Part shown: positions 19,995 through 29,277 of the stretch, one piece after another | Layout of the letters: every line of letters starts with the position of its first letter | Position numbering within the stretch: position 1 is the first letter of the stretch | Assembly: GCA_963777315.1 (NCBI GenBank) | Contig: CAVZQC010000002.1 | Location: 384,001-448,000 of the forward strand | Origin: Vulcanimicrobiota bacterium | Lineage (GTDB): Bacteria > Vulcanimicrobiota > Vulcanimicrobiia > Vulcanimicrobiales > Vulcanimicrobiaceae | Length of the DNA stretch: 64,000 nucleotides | Direction of reading: 5' to 3' | Position numbers and translations under genes: made by a program | The notes under the pieces: generated by a model | Seen by the model: the letters and a program-made list of their open reading frames with translations, nothing else | Databases searched by the model: none | Told to the model about the DNA's origin: nothing

Positions 19995-21439
19995 GGCTTG
20001 CATGGGCCGTGGCGGCGGTATTCTTCGCCCGCTTTGCAACGACCGCATGGTTCTATCAAGGACGCGATGCCGATCTTGGCTGGCAGCGCTGGTTGGGTGA
20101 GCGCATCCTGCATGACGGCAGGCTCCCTGCGACGCTCGGGCATGAAACCTTTACCGCTTCAGGCGCGCCCTGGATTCCACAGGAATGGCTGCTGAGTATC
20201 GGGGTCGCCTTGGCCGCGCATTTCAAGGTATTCGGAGCGCTCGCGTGCATCATGGCGCTTTGCGGTGTGGGCGCGATTCTGATTTCGGCGCTCTCCGCAC
20301 GACGCCTGGGCGCGTCGCCCTTTTCTGCCGCGCTGTGCAGCGCGCTGCTCGGAATGTCGATGCTGCAATCGTTCGGCGTGCGGGCGCAGATCGCCGCATG
20401 GCTGCTGCTGGCCATCTTTTTGCTGATCCTGCGAACCGTGGACGATCGCAAACGGTGGCTCATCGTACCGTGCGTCGCCTTATGGGCGAACGTCCATGCA
20501 AGCGCCATACTTGCAGTAGTCCTGCTGCTCGCCTGGACGTTGGGGCGCTTTCTCGACGAACGATCGTGGACACGCGCCGTTCGAGTCGATACGCTTCTCA
20601 CGTTCGCATGCTCGGCGGCCCTGTGCGCCACGCCGCTAGGATGGCGTCTGCCGGTTTACGCGATCCAATTATTCGCAAGCCCGATCGTCGCGCAGATTGC
20701 CGAATGGCAGCCGGCGCACTTCGGTACCGACGAAAGCGCGCTGCTTTTCGGACTGCTGCCGCTCATACTGGCGGCTTTCGCATTGCAAGTGCGGCGTCCC
20801 GATTGGCCGGCTCGGGAAAAATTGCTGTTGCTTGCAGCGCTCTACCTCGGGTTAGAGGCCGTCCGCAACATCCCGAACGGCGCGCTCATCGTTGCGCCTA
20901 TCGTAGCAGCAGCGCTTGGGCTGGCCATTCCGCAACGCGCACGCGTGAACACGCTATTGAACGAACGCGGTCCGCTCGCGTTAATAGCGCTCGCCCTTGC
21001 CGTGGCAGGAATTCTGGTGCCGCTGCGCCTGCTGCAAGTGCCTGAAGTGACGGATACGAAGTTGCCGTTTACGGCGCTCGCATCGCTTGCATCAACGGGC
21101 GCGGTCCGAAATGTGTATTGTGAAGACTTCGCTTGGTGCAGCTTGGCCTTGCGTTATCCCCGCCTGCGCGTCTACCTCGACGGCCGTTGCGACCCGTTCC
21201 CGATCGGAGTCTGGGACGGTTATACGGCGATTTTCTACGCGCGCCGAGGGTGGCAACAACGCGCCGCTCGCGGGCACGTCGACACGATTTTGGTCGGTAA
21301 CGGGCACGCGCTGGCAACCGCGCTGAGCAAGGACAATCGCACGTGGAGGCTGGCATACCGGGACCGCCGGTACAGCATTTTCCTGCTGCGCAGCGGCAGC
21401 TACGCGCTCAGCGCGGCTGCGGGAACTCGCGGACCGTGA
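19991..21439 (+). CDS. polytopic GT-C-like membrane protein (putative glycosyltransferase)
   Basis: DLGWQRWLGE, PWIPQEWL, VRAQ, LWANVHAS, EWQP, VYLDGRCD pattern; many TMs. Confidence 0.65.
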   Translation: MRLAWAVAAVFFARFATTAWFYQGRDADLGWQRWLGERILHDGRLPATLGHETFTASGAPWIPQEWLLSIGVALAAHFKVFGALACIMALCGVGAILISALSARRLGASPFSAALCSALLGMSMLQSFGVRAQIAAWLLLAIFLLILRTVDDRKRWLIVPCVALWANVHASAILAVVLLLAWTLGRFLDERSWTRAVRVDTLLTFACSAALCATPLGWRLPVYAIQLFASPIVAQIAEWQPAHFGTDESALLFGLLPLILAAFALQVRRPDWPAREKLLLLAALYLGLEAVRNIPNGALIVAPIVAAALGLAIPQRARVNTLLNERGPLALIALALAVAGILVPLRLLQVPEVTDTKLPFTALASLASTGAVRNVYCEDFAWCSLALRYPRLRVYLDGRCDPFPIGVWDGYTAIFYARRGWQQRAARGHVDTILVGNGHALATALSKDNRTWRLAYRDRRYSIFLLRSGSYALSAAAGTRGP

Positions 21440-23025
21440 ATCTCGGCGCACTCGACGCGAGCGGTTGGTGGGCGCCATTGCTTCGCGCCGTGCAGCGCTG
21501 AAATCAGTCGCGCCACGCTGGGCTGGTCCGGAGCAAGCACCTGCGCCCGGTTGACGTACTGTTGAGCCGAATCGAAATCACCGACGTCGAGGCTGAACTC
21601 GGCTAAGGATTCCAGGAGCATCACGTACCGATCTTGCAGGACGTGAGCGTGACTGACGAACCATGGCTCCGGCGCTTCAAAATCCAGTAGACGCCCAGCA
21701 TACAGCTTCTCCGCAGCACGATAGTGCATCATGGCGCCGGCTGGTTCACCCTGCTCGACGCAAGCATCGCCGTCGACGAGGTGGGTTCGGAAACGGCGAA
21801 CGTCGCAGACGACGTTTGCAAGATCGATTTGGACGTCGCGGGACGTCCGAAAATACTTGTCGACGTCCGCATACCCAACGACGGATGCAAATGCCTTACG
21901 GATGGTGCTGCACGCGGTGCGGACGCTTTGGGTTGCCAAATGCCGGTCCGTTTCCGGCCAAAACACCTGGGCGAGCTCCAAGCGGCTCGCGGCCCCGTCG
22001 GGCTTGAGCAGCAAGTATTTGATGATTTGCTGATCGCGACGGCGCACCCATGGAATCTGCCGGCCGCCGATAGTGAATTCGAACGAGCGGAACATGCGCG
22101 CTTGTATGGCTGGGGCGAATGAAGTGTCGGACGGAGCACAGGGCTTGACGATGGCCGGCTGAAGCGGACGGTAGAGCTGCACTTCGTCGCCGCCACGATC
22201 CACGATAAGGAGACCGCGCGATTCCAATTGGCGCATGCGCTGAGCGCTCGCCGAAGTTTTGCCGGTGAATAGCCCCCAAAAGATCTCGGCGTCCTCGGCG
22301 CTGGCTCGTTCCAGCTCCGCGCCCACGAGATCGTAAAGGAACGACGCAGAATGGCTGCGCCAGCGCTCGTACGCGCGGCTGAGCGCTTCCTTTTCAGCGG
22401 CTGCCGTTCTGACCGCAGCGGAAACCGCCAGCGCCCATCCATCTGTGTCCTCAATCAAGCGGCGAATCTCGAGATCCGTCGCCGCAACCCCGCAAGCTTC
22501 TGCAAAAAGCGCGGCTTCTTGCGCGTCGAAGGCCAGTGACCGCGCATTGCACAACGTTCCTATCCCGCGAGAGATCCATTCTTTGGCTGGGAGCGCCTCT
22601 CTGGAACGGAACCCATAGATAAACGTCACGGTATCCCCGGCGTCGTCGACGAGGCGGCGGAGATCGCCTATGGCTTGCGCATCGCCGTTGTCGGCGTCGT
22701 CCACGATCAGCTCGATGCATTGCGATGACATCGCGGTGATCAGGTCGAGAAGGCCCGAATAGGAGTGTGGAATCGACGTGGACCGCAGGGTGCGCGCGAT
22801 GATTCCATACAGAGTTGCTGCATCGCAGCAGTCCGGAAGCGCGCAATAGTAACGCGTTGCTTCACCGTCTACGGCGTAGCGCCGTAAAAAGGTCGTCTTG
22901 CCGCATCCGGCGGGACCGACGATGAGCCGAACGGGGAACTGCTTGTACGCGCAAGCCCACTGGTCCAAGCGTGAACGGCGGATGACTAACGGCGCCAACC
23001 GCGGAGTAGTGAATGTGGTAACCAT
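21400..23025 (-). CDS. transcriptional regulator: MalT-like NTPase N-terminus plus winged helix and BTAD (SARP-like)
   Basis: RLIVGPAGCGKTT Walker A, LAFDAQEA, TDGWALAV; YLLL...FWPE; DVRRF, LYAGRLL..EPW. Confidence 0.8.
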   Translation of the reverse strand: MVTTFTTPRLAPLVIRRSRLDQWACAYKQFPVRLIVGPAGCGKTTFLRRYAVDGEATRYYCALPDCCDAATLYGIIARTLRSTSIPHSYSGLLDLITAMSSQCIELIVDDADNGDAQAIGDLRRLVDDAGDTVTFIYGFRSREALPAKEWISRGIGTLCNARSLAFDAQEAALFAEACGVAATDLEIRRLIEDTDGWALAVSAAVRTAAAEKEALSRAYERWRSHSASFLYDLVGAELERASAEDAEIFWGLFTGKTSASAQRMRQLESRGLLIVDRGGDEVQLYRPLQPAIVKPCAPSDTSFAPAIQARMFRSFEFTIGGRQIPWVRRRDQQIIKYLLLKPDGAASRLELAQVFWPETDRHLATQSVRTACSTIRKAFASVVGYADVDKYFRTSRDVQIDLANVVCDVRRFRTHLVDGDACVEQGEPAGAMMHYRAAEKLYAGRLLDFEAPEPWFVSHAHVLQDRYVMLLESLAEFSLDVGDFDSAQQYVNRAQVLAPDQPSVARLISALHGAKQWRPPTARVECAEIHGPRVPAAALSA

Positions 23026-23183
23026 AAGCTCCGGTTCTCAACAGCATTGAAGCGACGAGCCCCCGTATCGTCGCATGCATCACCCGTGAAAATGGACTTA
23101 GGTTAACTTTACCCTAAACGTCTTGCGGAATACTATAGAGTTTTCTTTTTCGACCTGAAGCCTGGCAGTTCCATAATGTTGCT

Positions 23184-23525
23184 CTACCCCCGGGTAAGCG
23201 GCTGATCGTCGTCCTGCCGCGCGCGTACGCTTGCAGCGGCCAAACGCTTAGACGGTAACAGCTTTTCCAGGCCGTATGCAGCAACGCCGCGGCTAAGGAG
23301 AGCGGCGCCCGCACCCATAGAACAGGCCATCATCCCGACTACCGCACCATTCGCGGCCAAAACCTCTATGCCGAATCCGAGATTGCCGGGATGCGCGTGG
23401 ACGGCATGCAGACAGTATAGCTCGAACGGTACGACGGCGAAAAACAAAAGCACATCGGCGCAGACGACATACGCCGCGAGAAACGCGGTCGGCAGCGATT
23501 GGAAGGGGATGCGGATTTTTCGCAT
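23184..23525 (-). CDS. small membrane hypothetical protein
   Basis: AGGAG RBS; two hydrophobic segments; 113 aa. Confidence 0.5.
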   Translation of the reverse strand: MRKIRIPFQSLPTAFLAAYVVCADVLLFFAVVPFELYCLHAVHAHPGNLGFGIEVLAANGAVVGMMACSMGAGAALLSRGVAAYGLEKLLPSKRLAAASVRARQDDDQPLTRG

Positions 23526-23632
23526 GCAGGATACTCCTTGCCCCGTGACGGGCCCGTATAATCACCCATCGGCACATGAGTTGCGACGTTTAGGCGCCGG
23601 TTGATGGAAGCCGGAACAGTCGAACAGACCAC

Positions 23633-25855
23633 GTGCAGGGAACCGCTAGGTCTGTGGCGCCGGTAACCCGGGGCGCCTTCATCGCAGGCGCGCTCGCTGC
23701 AGCCGCCGCGTGCGCGGCACCCGACGTCGCCCTGCCGCAGGAGTGGCCCGCGTTCGATCCCGCGCTGCCGCTCGCGCAGCGCGTGGACGATTTGCTCGCC
23801 GCAATGACGCTGGCCGAAAAAGTCTCGCAGATGAATAATCGGGCGCCTGCGATTGCGCGCCTGAACATCCCGGCCTACGACTGGTGGAGCGAAGCGCTTC
23901 ACGGCGTCGCGCGCGACGGGTATGCAACGGTCTTCCCGCAGGCAATAGGGATGGCGGCAACCTGGAACACCGAGCTGGTGGCGCGCATCGGCCAAGCCGT
24001 GTCGACGGAGGCCCGCGCAAAATACGACGCCACGGGAGTACGCAGCGGCCACGCCACGTACAACGGTCTGACGGTGTGGTCGCCCAACGTCAATATTTTT
24101 CGCGATCCGCGCTGGGGACGCGGGCAGGAAACGTACGGCGAAGATCCATTCTTGACCTCGCGCATCGCGGTGGCGTACGTGCGCGGACTGCAGGGAGACG
24201 ATCCGCGGTATATCAAGGTCGCCGCAACGGCCAAGCACTTCGCCGTGCACAGCGGACCCGAGACTTTGCGCCACGTCTTCAACGTCGACGTGGATGATAC
24301 AACGCTGCACGAATTCTATTTGTACGCGTTTCGCGCGCTGGTGCAGGAAGCGCGCGTCGCCGCCGTGATGTCCGCGTACAACGCCCTGAACGGCACGCCG
24401 TGTTCGGCAAACGCAGAGCTGCTGCGGGGAATTCTGCGCGACGCTTGGGGCTTCGAGGGTTACGTGACGTCGGATTGCGGCGCGATTTGGGACATGGTGG
24501 AAATGCGGCACGTTCAACCGGACTTGCAACATGCCGCGGCGGCAGCGCTCACGGCCGGAGTCGATCTGTGCTGCGGCGACGATTATTCGGCGCTCGTTAA
24601 ATCGGTGGCGCAGGGCCTGGTGAGCGAATCGCAGATCGACGGGGCCCTGCGTACTTTGCTTAGGACGCGCTTTCGTTTGGGCATGTTCGACCCGCCGTCC
24701 ACGGTGCCGTACGACCGGACGTCGATCTGGCAAAACGATTCCGCCGCACACGCCGATCTGGCTCTGCGCGCCGCGCGCGAATCGATCGTGCTGCTCAAGA
24801 ACGACGGCACGCTGCCGCTGCGCAAAACGCTGAAGAGGATTGCGGTCATCGGCCCCAACGGCGACTCCACCGAGGTGCTGGCCGGCAACTACAACGGAAC
24901 GCCGTCGGCGCCGGTCACCGTGCTGCAAGGCATTCGTGCCAAGCTCGGTTCGCGCACGGCGGTGCAGTACGTGCGCGGATGCGAGTACGTCGTGCCGGGC
25001 GACGATGCTGCCGAACAGCGCGCTCAGGCGCTGGCGTTCGCGCGAACCGCGGATGTTATCGTGTTCGCCGGCGGCATCAGCCCGCAGCTGGAAGGCGAGG
25101 AGATGACGGGCGAAAAGATCGACGGATTCGACGGCGGCGACCGCACGAAAATCGAGCTGCCGGCAATTCAAACGGCATTGCTGCGCGAGCTGTACGCGAC
25201 GGGAACGCCGGTGGTCTTCGTGCAGATGAGCGGAAGCGCCATCGCATGCCCTTGGGAAGCGGCCTCGCTGCCGGCGATCGTTCAGGCCTGGTATCCCGGA
25301 CAGGCCGGCGGCACGGCGATCGCCGACGTGCTGTTCGGCGACTACAATCCCGCGGGCCGATTGCCCGTAACGTTTTACGCCGCCACTTCCGATTTGCCCG
25401 ACTTCAAAGACTACCGTTTGACCGAGCGCACCTACCGGTACTTTACCGGCAAACCACTGTTCGCGTTCGGTCATGGCGTCAGTTACACGCGCTTTGCCTA
25501 CTCGCAGCTTGCCGTTTCGCTTCGCCCCGATGCGCGCGCGCCCGAAGTGCGCGTGACCTTCACCTTGCGCAACGCCGGAAAGCGGGACGGAGAGGAAGTC
25601 GCCCAAGTGTACGTGCGCGATCTCGACGCGCAGCGCGCGCATCCCATCCGGCAGCTGTGCGCGTTCACTCGCACGCAGTTGCGCGCCGGGGAAAAACGCC
25701 GAATCGTGCTGGACGTACCCGCGGAGCGGTTCGCGTACTGGGACGCGGCGCGCAGCGGCTTCCAGGTGCTGCCGGGCGCTTACGAGTTCGGCGTGGGCTC
25801 GGCCAGCGACGACATCCGCTTGCGCGCCGCGTACGGGTGTGATCCGTGGCGCTGA
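23633..25855 (+). CDS. GH3 beta-xylosidase/beta-glucosidase
   Basis: WWSEALHGV, FPQAIG, WSPNVNIFRDPRWGRGQETYGEDP, KHF, YVTSDCGAI, Fn3-like C-term EEVAQVYV. Confidence 0.95.
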   Translation: MQGTARSVAPVTRGAFIAGALAAAAACAAPDVALPQEWPAFDPALPLAQRVDDLLAAMTLAEKVSQMNNRAPAIARLNIPAYDWWSEALHGVARDGYATVFPQAIGMAATWNTELVARIGQAVSTEARAKYDATGVRSGHATYNGLTVWSPNVNIFRDPRWGRGQETYGEDPFLTSRIAVAYVRGLQGDDPRYIKVAATAKHFAVHSGPETLRHVFNVDVDDTTLHEFYLYAFRALVQEARVAAVMSAYNALNGTPCSANAELLRGILRDAWGFEGYVTSDCGAIWDMVEMRHVQPDLQHAAAAALTAGVDLCCGDDYSALVKSVAQGLVSESQIDGALRTLLRTRFRLGMFDPPSTVPYDRTSIWQNDSAAHADLALRAARESIVLLKNDGTLPLRKTLKRIAVIGPNGDSTEVLAGNYNGTPSAPVTVLQGIRAKLGSRTAVQYVRGCEYVVPGDDAAEQRAQALAFARTADVIVFAGGISPQLEGEEMTGEKIDGFDGGDRTKIELPAIQTALLRELYATGTPVVFVQMSGSAIACPWEAASLPAIVQAWYPGQAGGTAIADVLFGDYNPAGRLPVTFYAATSDLPDFKDYRLTERTYRYFTGKPLFAFGHGVSYTRFAYSQLAVSLRPDARAPEVRVTFTLRNAGKRDGEEVAQVYVRDLDAQRAHPIRQLCAFTRTQLRAGEKRRIVLDVPAERFAYWDAARSGFQVLPGAYEFGVGSASDDIRLRAAYGCDPWR

Positions 25856-27585
25856 GCGGCATCGATTGGCTCATCATCGCGCTGTACTTTGCGTTCGTGC
25901 TGTCGATCGGCGCGATTCTGATGCGTGCGACGCGCACCGGCTCGGATTTTTTTCTGGCGGGGCGCTCGGTGCCGGCCTGGGTCGCCGGGCTTGCGTTTCT
26001 GTCGGCAAACCTGGGCGCGCAGGAAGTCATCGGCATGGGGGCTTCGGGTGCCAAATACGGCATATCGACCGCGCACTTCTATTGGATCGGCGCGATCCCG
26101 GCAATGATCTTCATCGGCATCTTCATGATGCCGTTCTATTACAGATCCAAAGCCCGGTCGGTGCCCGAGTACCTGCGCATGCGTTTCGACGAAAAGACGC
26201 GTACGCTCAACGCAATCACCTTCGCGTTCATGACGATTCTCTCGTCCGGGATCTCGATGTACGCGATGGCCAAGCTGCTGCAGACGCTCCACGTGTTCGA
26301 CGCCGGCTTTGCAGCCGTGCATCTTTCACCCGGACTCATTTTCCATTTCTCGATTGCCGTGTCGGCGGCGATCGTGCTGGCCTATATTCTGCTGGGCGGG
26401 CTCAAAAGCGCAATCTATAACGAAGTGCTGCAGTTTTTCCTGATCGTCGCGGGACTTTTTCCGCTCGTGTACCTCGGCCTGAAAAGCGTGGGCGGCTGGA
26501 ACGGCCTGCGGGCTGCGCTGCCCGCGGCGTACACGCACGCGTGGTATCACGCAAACGATCCGCACGCCAATCTGCTGGGCGTCGACGTGTTCGGACTAGT
26601 TATGGGTCTGGGTTTCGTGCTGTCGTTCGGGTACTGGTGCACGGATTTCTTGGTCGTGCAGCGCGCGATGGCTGCGGATTCACAAGCAGCTGCGCGCCGC
26701 ACGCCGCTCATCGCAGCGGTGCCCAAGATGCTGTTCCCGTTTTTGGTCATATTGCCGGGAATCATCGCTATCGCGATAACGTCGGTGCATCCAGGCTTGA
26801 TTCCGGTCAAACTCGGCGCCGGCGGCGCGCCGATGCTCGACGCGGCGCACAAACCGGTGCTGGACTACGATCTCGCGATCCCGATGATGCTGCTGCGCTT
26901 CTTTCCTGCAGGCATCTTAGGGCTGGGGTTGACTGCACTGCTCGCTAGTTTCATGTCGGGCATGGCGGGCAACGTTACCGCATTCAACACGGTGTTCACC
27001 TACGACATTTATCAATCGCACATCCGGCCCAACGCGGGCGATGCGCATTACCTGCGGATCGGACGCGCCGCCACGGTAGCAGGGGTCCTCGCATCGATCG
27101 CCGCCGCGTATGCCGCCGCCCAGTTCAACGACATCATGGACGCCTTGCAGCTGGTGTTTGCATTCGTCAATGCGCCCCTCTTCGCAACGTTTCTGCTCGG
27201 CATGTTTTGGAAGCGCACGACCGGACACGGCGCGTTCTCCGGGCTGTTGGCGGGAACGTTCGCCGCGGCGGCCCACCACGGGCTCACGCTGCCCGCCGGC
27301 GCAACGGCAGGAATCAAGGGCGGCTGGTTCGCCGTGCTGCACGTCTATCCGAGCGAAATGAGCCAGAACTTCTACACGGCGATCTTCGCCTGGACGACGT
27401 GCTTCATCGTGACGATCGGCGTGAGCGCGCTGACCCGGCCGCGCCCAGAACGCGACCTTGCCGGCCTCGTGTACTCGCTGACGCCGCGGCGCGGCGATGA
27501 TTCCGCCGTCTGGTACAAGCGCCCGGTGACGATTGGGATCGCCATCCTGGCGGCGTGCGCGCTGCTGAACGTGGCGTTTCGCTGA
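25846..27585 (+). CDS. sodium:solute symporter (SSS) sugar transporter
   Basis: DFFLAGRS, SANLGAQE, SVPEYLRMRF, YWCTDFLVVQRAMA. Confidence 0.95.
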   Translation: MALSGIDWLIIALYFAFVLSIGAILMRATRTGSDFFLAGRSVPAWVAGLAFLSANLGAQEVIGMGASGAKYGISTAHFYWIGAIPAMIFIGIFMMPFYYRSKARSVPEYLRMRFDEKTRTLNAITFAFMTILSSGISMYAMAKLLQTLHVFDAGFAAVHLSPGLIFHFSIAVSAAIVLAYILLGGLKSAIYNEVLQFFLIVAGLFPLVYLGLKSVGGWNGLRAALPAAYTHAWYHANDPHANLLGVDVFGLVMGLGFVLSFGYWCTDFLVVQRAMAADSQAAARRTPLIAAVPKMLFPFLVILPGIIAIAITSVHPGLIPVKLGAGGAPMLDAAHKPVLDYDLAIPMMLLRFFPAGILGLGLTALLASFMSGMAGNVTAFNTVFTYDIYQSHIRPNAGDAHYLRIGRAATVAGVLASIAAAYAAAQFNDIMDALQLVFAFVNAPLFATFLLGMFWKRTTGHGAFSGLLAGTFAAAAHHGLTLPAGATAGIKGGWFAVLHVYPSEMSQNFYTAIFAWTTCFIVTIGVSALTRPRPERDLAGLVYSLTPRRGDDSAVWYKRPVTIGIAILAACALLNVAFR

Positions 27586-27806
27586 TGAGCAATCGCGGCG
27601 GACTAGGCATAGACCTGCGCGCGGTGTTGGGCGTGTTCTTTGCGCTGCTGGGCGTCGTGCTCGCGGTCTTCGGCGCGTTGAGTGCCCCGGCCATCTACCG
27701 CCGTTCGCTGGGGATCAACGTCAATCTGATCTGGGGAATCGTCCTGGCGGTGTTCGGCGCGGCGATGCTGTGGCTGGGCACGCGCACGCGCGCTGAACGT
27801 CGGTAG
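27585..27806 (+). CDS. small 2-TM protein associated with SSS transporter
   Basis: DLRAVLGVFF...GINVNLIWG; translationally coupled to the SSS gene. Confidence 0.8.
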   Translation: MSNRGGLGIDLRAVLGVFFALLGVVLAVFGALSAPAIYRRSLGINVNLIWGIVLAVFGAAMLWLGTRTRAERR

Positions 27807-27816
27807 CGAACGCTGC

Positions 27817-29274
27817 TTACGGATACAGCGAAAAGCGGGCGATCTGCGAGGTATCGCGCGACTGCAGCACGTTTACGCGCAGCCGCTGCGCAGTAACGGG
27901 GCCGGCAAGCCGCAGCAGGCGTTTGTAGCCGATCGTCGTTCCCGAAGCGATTTGGCGCCAAGCATTGCCGCGGCGCACTTCGACCGCGAAGCGTTCCACG
28001 CGCTGCCCCGCTTCAATGCGCTCCTGCAGGCAGATCGTTTGGAACCGCACCGGCGTTGGCAAGGCGATCGCCAACGTATGCATGCCGCCGGTTTGCGCGC
28101 GCGTGCTGCGCGCGCGGGCTGCCAGATCGTGCCCGAACTCGCGGTGCACCCAGGCGCCGAATTCGTCCACGCGCCCGACGTCGGCTGCATCGAATCTTCC
28201 GCTCGCGTCGGGCGGCACGTCCAAAAGCAGCTGGCAGTTGCGGCCGACCGAGGTGTAATACATCGATTGCAGCCGCGCAAGCGATTTGGGAGGGTGATGC
28301 GGATGCCAAAACCAGCCCGCTTCCAGGCGTGCGTCGCATTCGGAGGGATACCACGCCAGCAGACGGGTTCGCGGATCGGTCAGATCGTTTCTGCCGCCCA
28401 GGTTAGGCGCGCCGGGGTCGTGCAGCGCGGTCGTTTGATTTGGAACCGGCGCACCGGTAAACGCAACCACGCTCCATTGCGTCGTGCGCGCGACGCCGTC
28501 TTCGTTGCCCACCCAATCGAGATCGGGCCCGGCGAACATGACGGCATTCGGCTGCAGCGCCCGGACCAGCGCGTACCAGGCGGCGAACGCATACGGCTGC
28601 GCGCGATTTTTGAGCGGATTGAACCCATCGAACCAAACTTCTTCAACCGGGCCGTACTGCGTGAGCAGCTCGTAGAGCGTGTTCATGTAATAGCGGTTGT
28701 AGTCGTCCAGCCGAAAGTGAAACAGGCGCTTGGGACGGCGCGGGTCGCCGTTTTGCAGCGTCGGAATCGTTGCGGCACGCGCGGCGCTTGCGTCGGCGTA
28801 GCGTCCACCGGGAAGCGCTTCGTGCAGATCGGCGGGCGAAAGATAGAAACCCACGGCCAATCCATACCGGTGCGCCGAATCGACGAACGCGCGCACGACG
28901 TCGCCGTGGCCGCCGCGCCATATCGAGTGCGCGATCGAGTGGTTCGTATAACGGCTGGGCCAGAGCACCAAGCCGTCGTGATGTTTGGTGACGAGGATGA
29001 CTTTGCGAAACCCTGCGTTCTTGAGCGTGCGCGCCCACTGGTCCGTGTCCAGGTCGGCGGGATCGACCAGCGACGGTGACTCCGTGCCGGTGCCGATCTC
29101 CCGTCCGGTATACGTGTTGGGGCCGAAATGAATGAATGCCGTGAGCTCTTCGCGTTGCCACGCCAGCTGTCTGGGCGCCGGCGCAAGCTGCGCCGCGCGG
29201 CGCACGGTCGTTGCAGGATTGGCGGAATTGCCGATCCAGAACGTCGCCAGAGCCAGCAGCGCTGCCAGGCGCAT
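27817..29274 (-). CDS. GH29 alpha-L-fucosidase (alpha-1,3/1,4 type-like) with F5/8-like C-terminus
   Basis: QLAWQ..ELTAFIHFGPNT, TKHHDG, VWFDG, WVGNEDG, YYTSVGRN, GTTIGYKR; signal peptide. Confidence 0.93.
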   Translation of the reverse strand: MRLAALLALATFWIGNSANPATTVRRAAQLAPAPRQLAWQREELTAFIHFGPNTYTGREIGTGTESPSLVDPADLDTDQWARTLKNAGFRKVILVTKHHDGLVLWPSRYTNHSIAHSIWRGGHGDVVRAFVDSAHRYGLAVGFYLSPADLHEALPGGRYADASAARAATIPTLQNGDPRRPKRLFHFRLDDYNRYYMNTLYELLTQYGPVEEVWFDGFNPLKNRAQPYAFAAWYALVRALQPNAVMFAGPDLDWVGNEDGVARTTQWSVVAFTGAPVPNQTTALHDPGAPNLGGRNDLTDPRTRLLAWYPSECDARLEAGWFWHPHHPPKSLARLQSMYYTSVGRNCQLLLDVPPDASGRFDAADVGRVDEFGAWVHREFGHDLAARARSTRAQTGGMHTLAIALPTPVRFQTICLQERIEAGQRVERFAVEVRRGNAWRQIASGTTIGYKRLLRLAGPVTAQRLRVNVLQSRDTSQIARFSLYP

Positions 29275-29277
29275 CCG

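Noticed and set aside
23538..23562. TTGCCC...TATAAT as a sigma70 promoter for GH3
   Set aside because: Spacer is only 13 nt; the -10 may be real but the pair is not supportable
23366..25642. 758-aa antisense ORF and similar long reverse or alternate-frame ORFs (47921-49912, 28643-30664, 49683-51179, 46053-47924)
   Set aside because: Arg/Ala-rich shadows of motif-bearing genes in high-GC DNA; no recognisable domains
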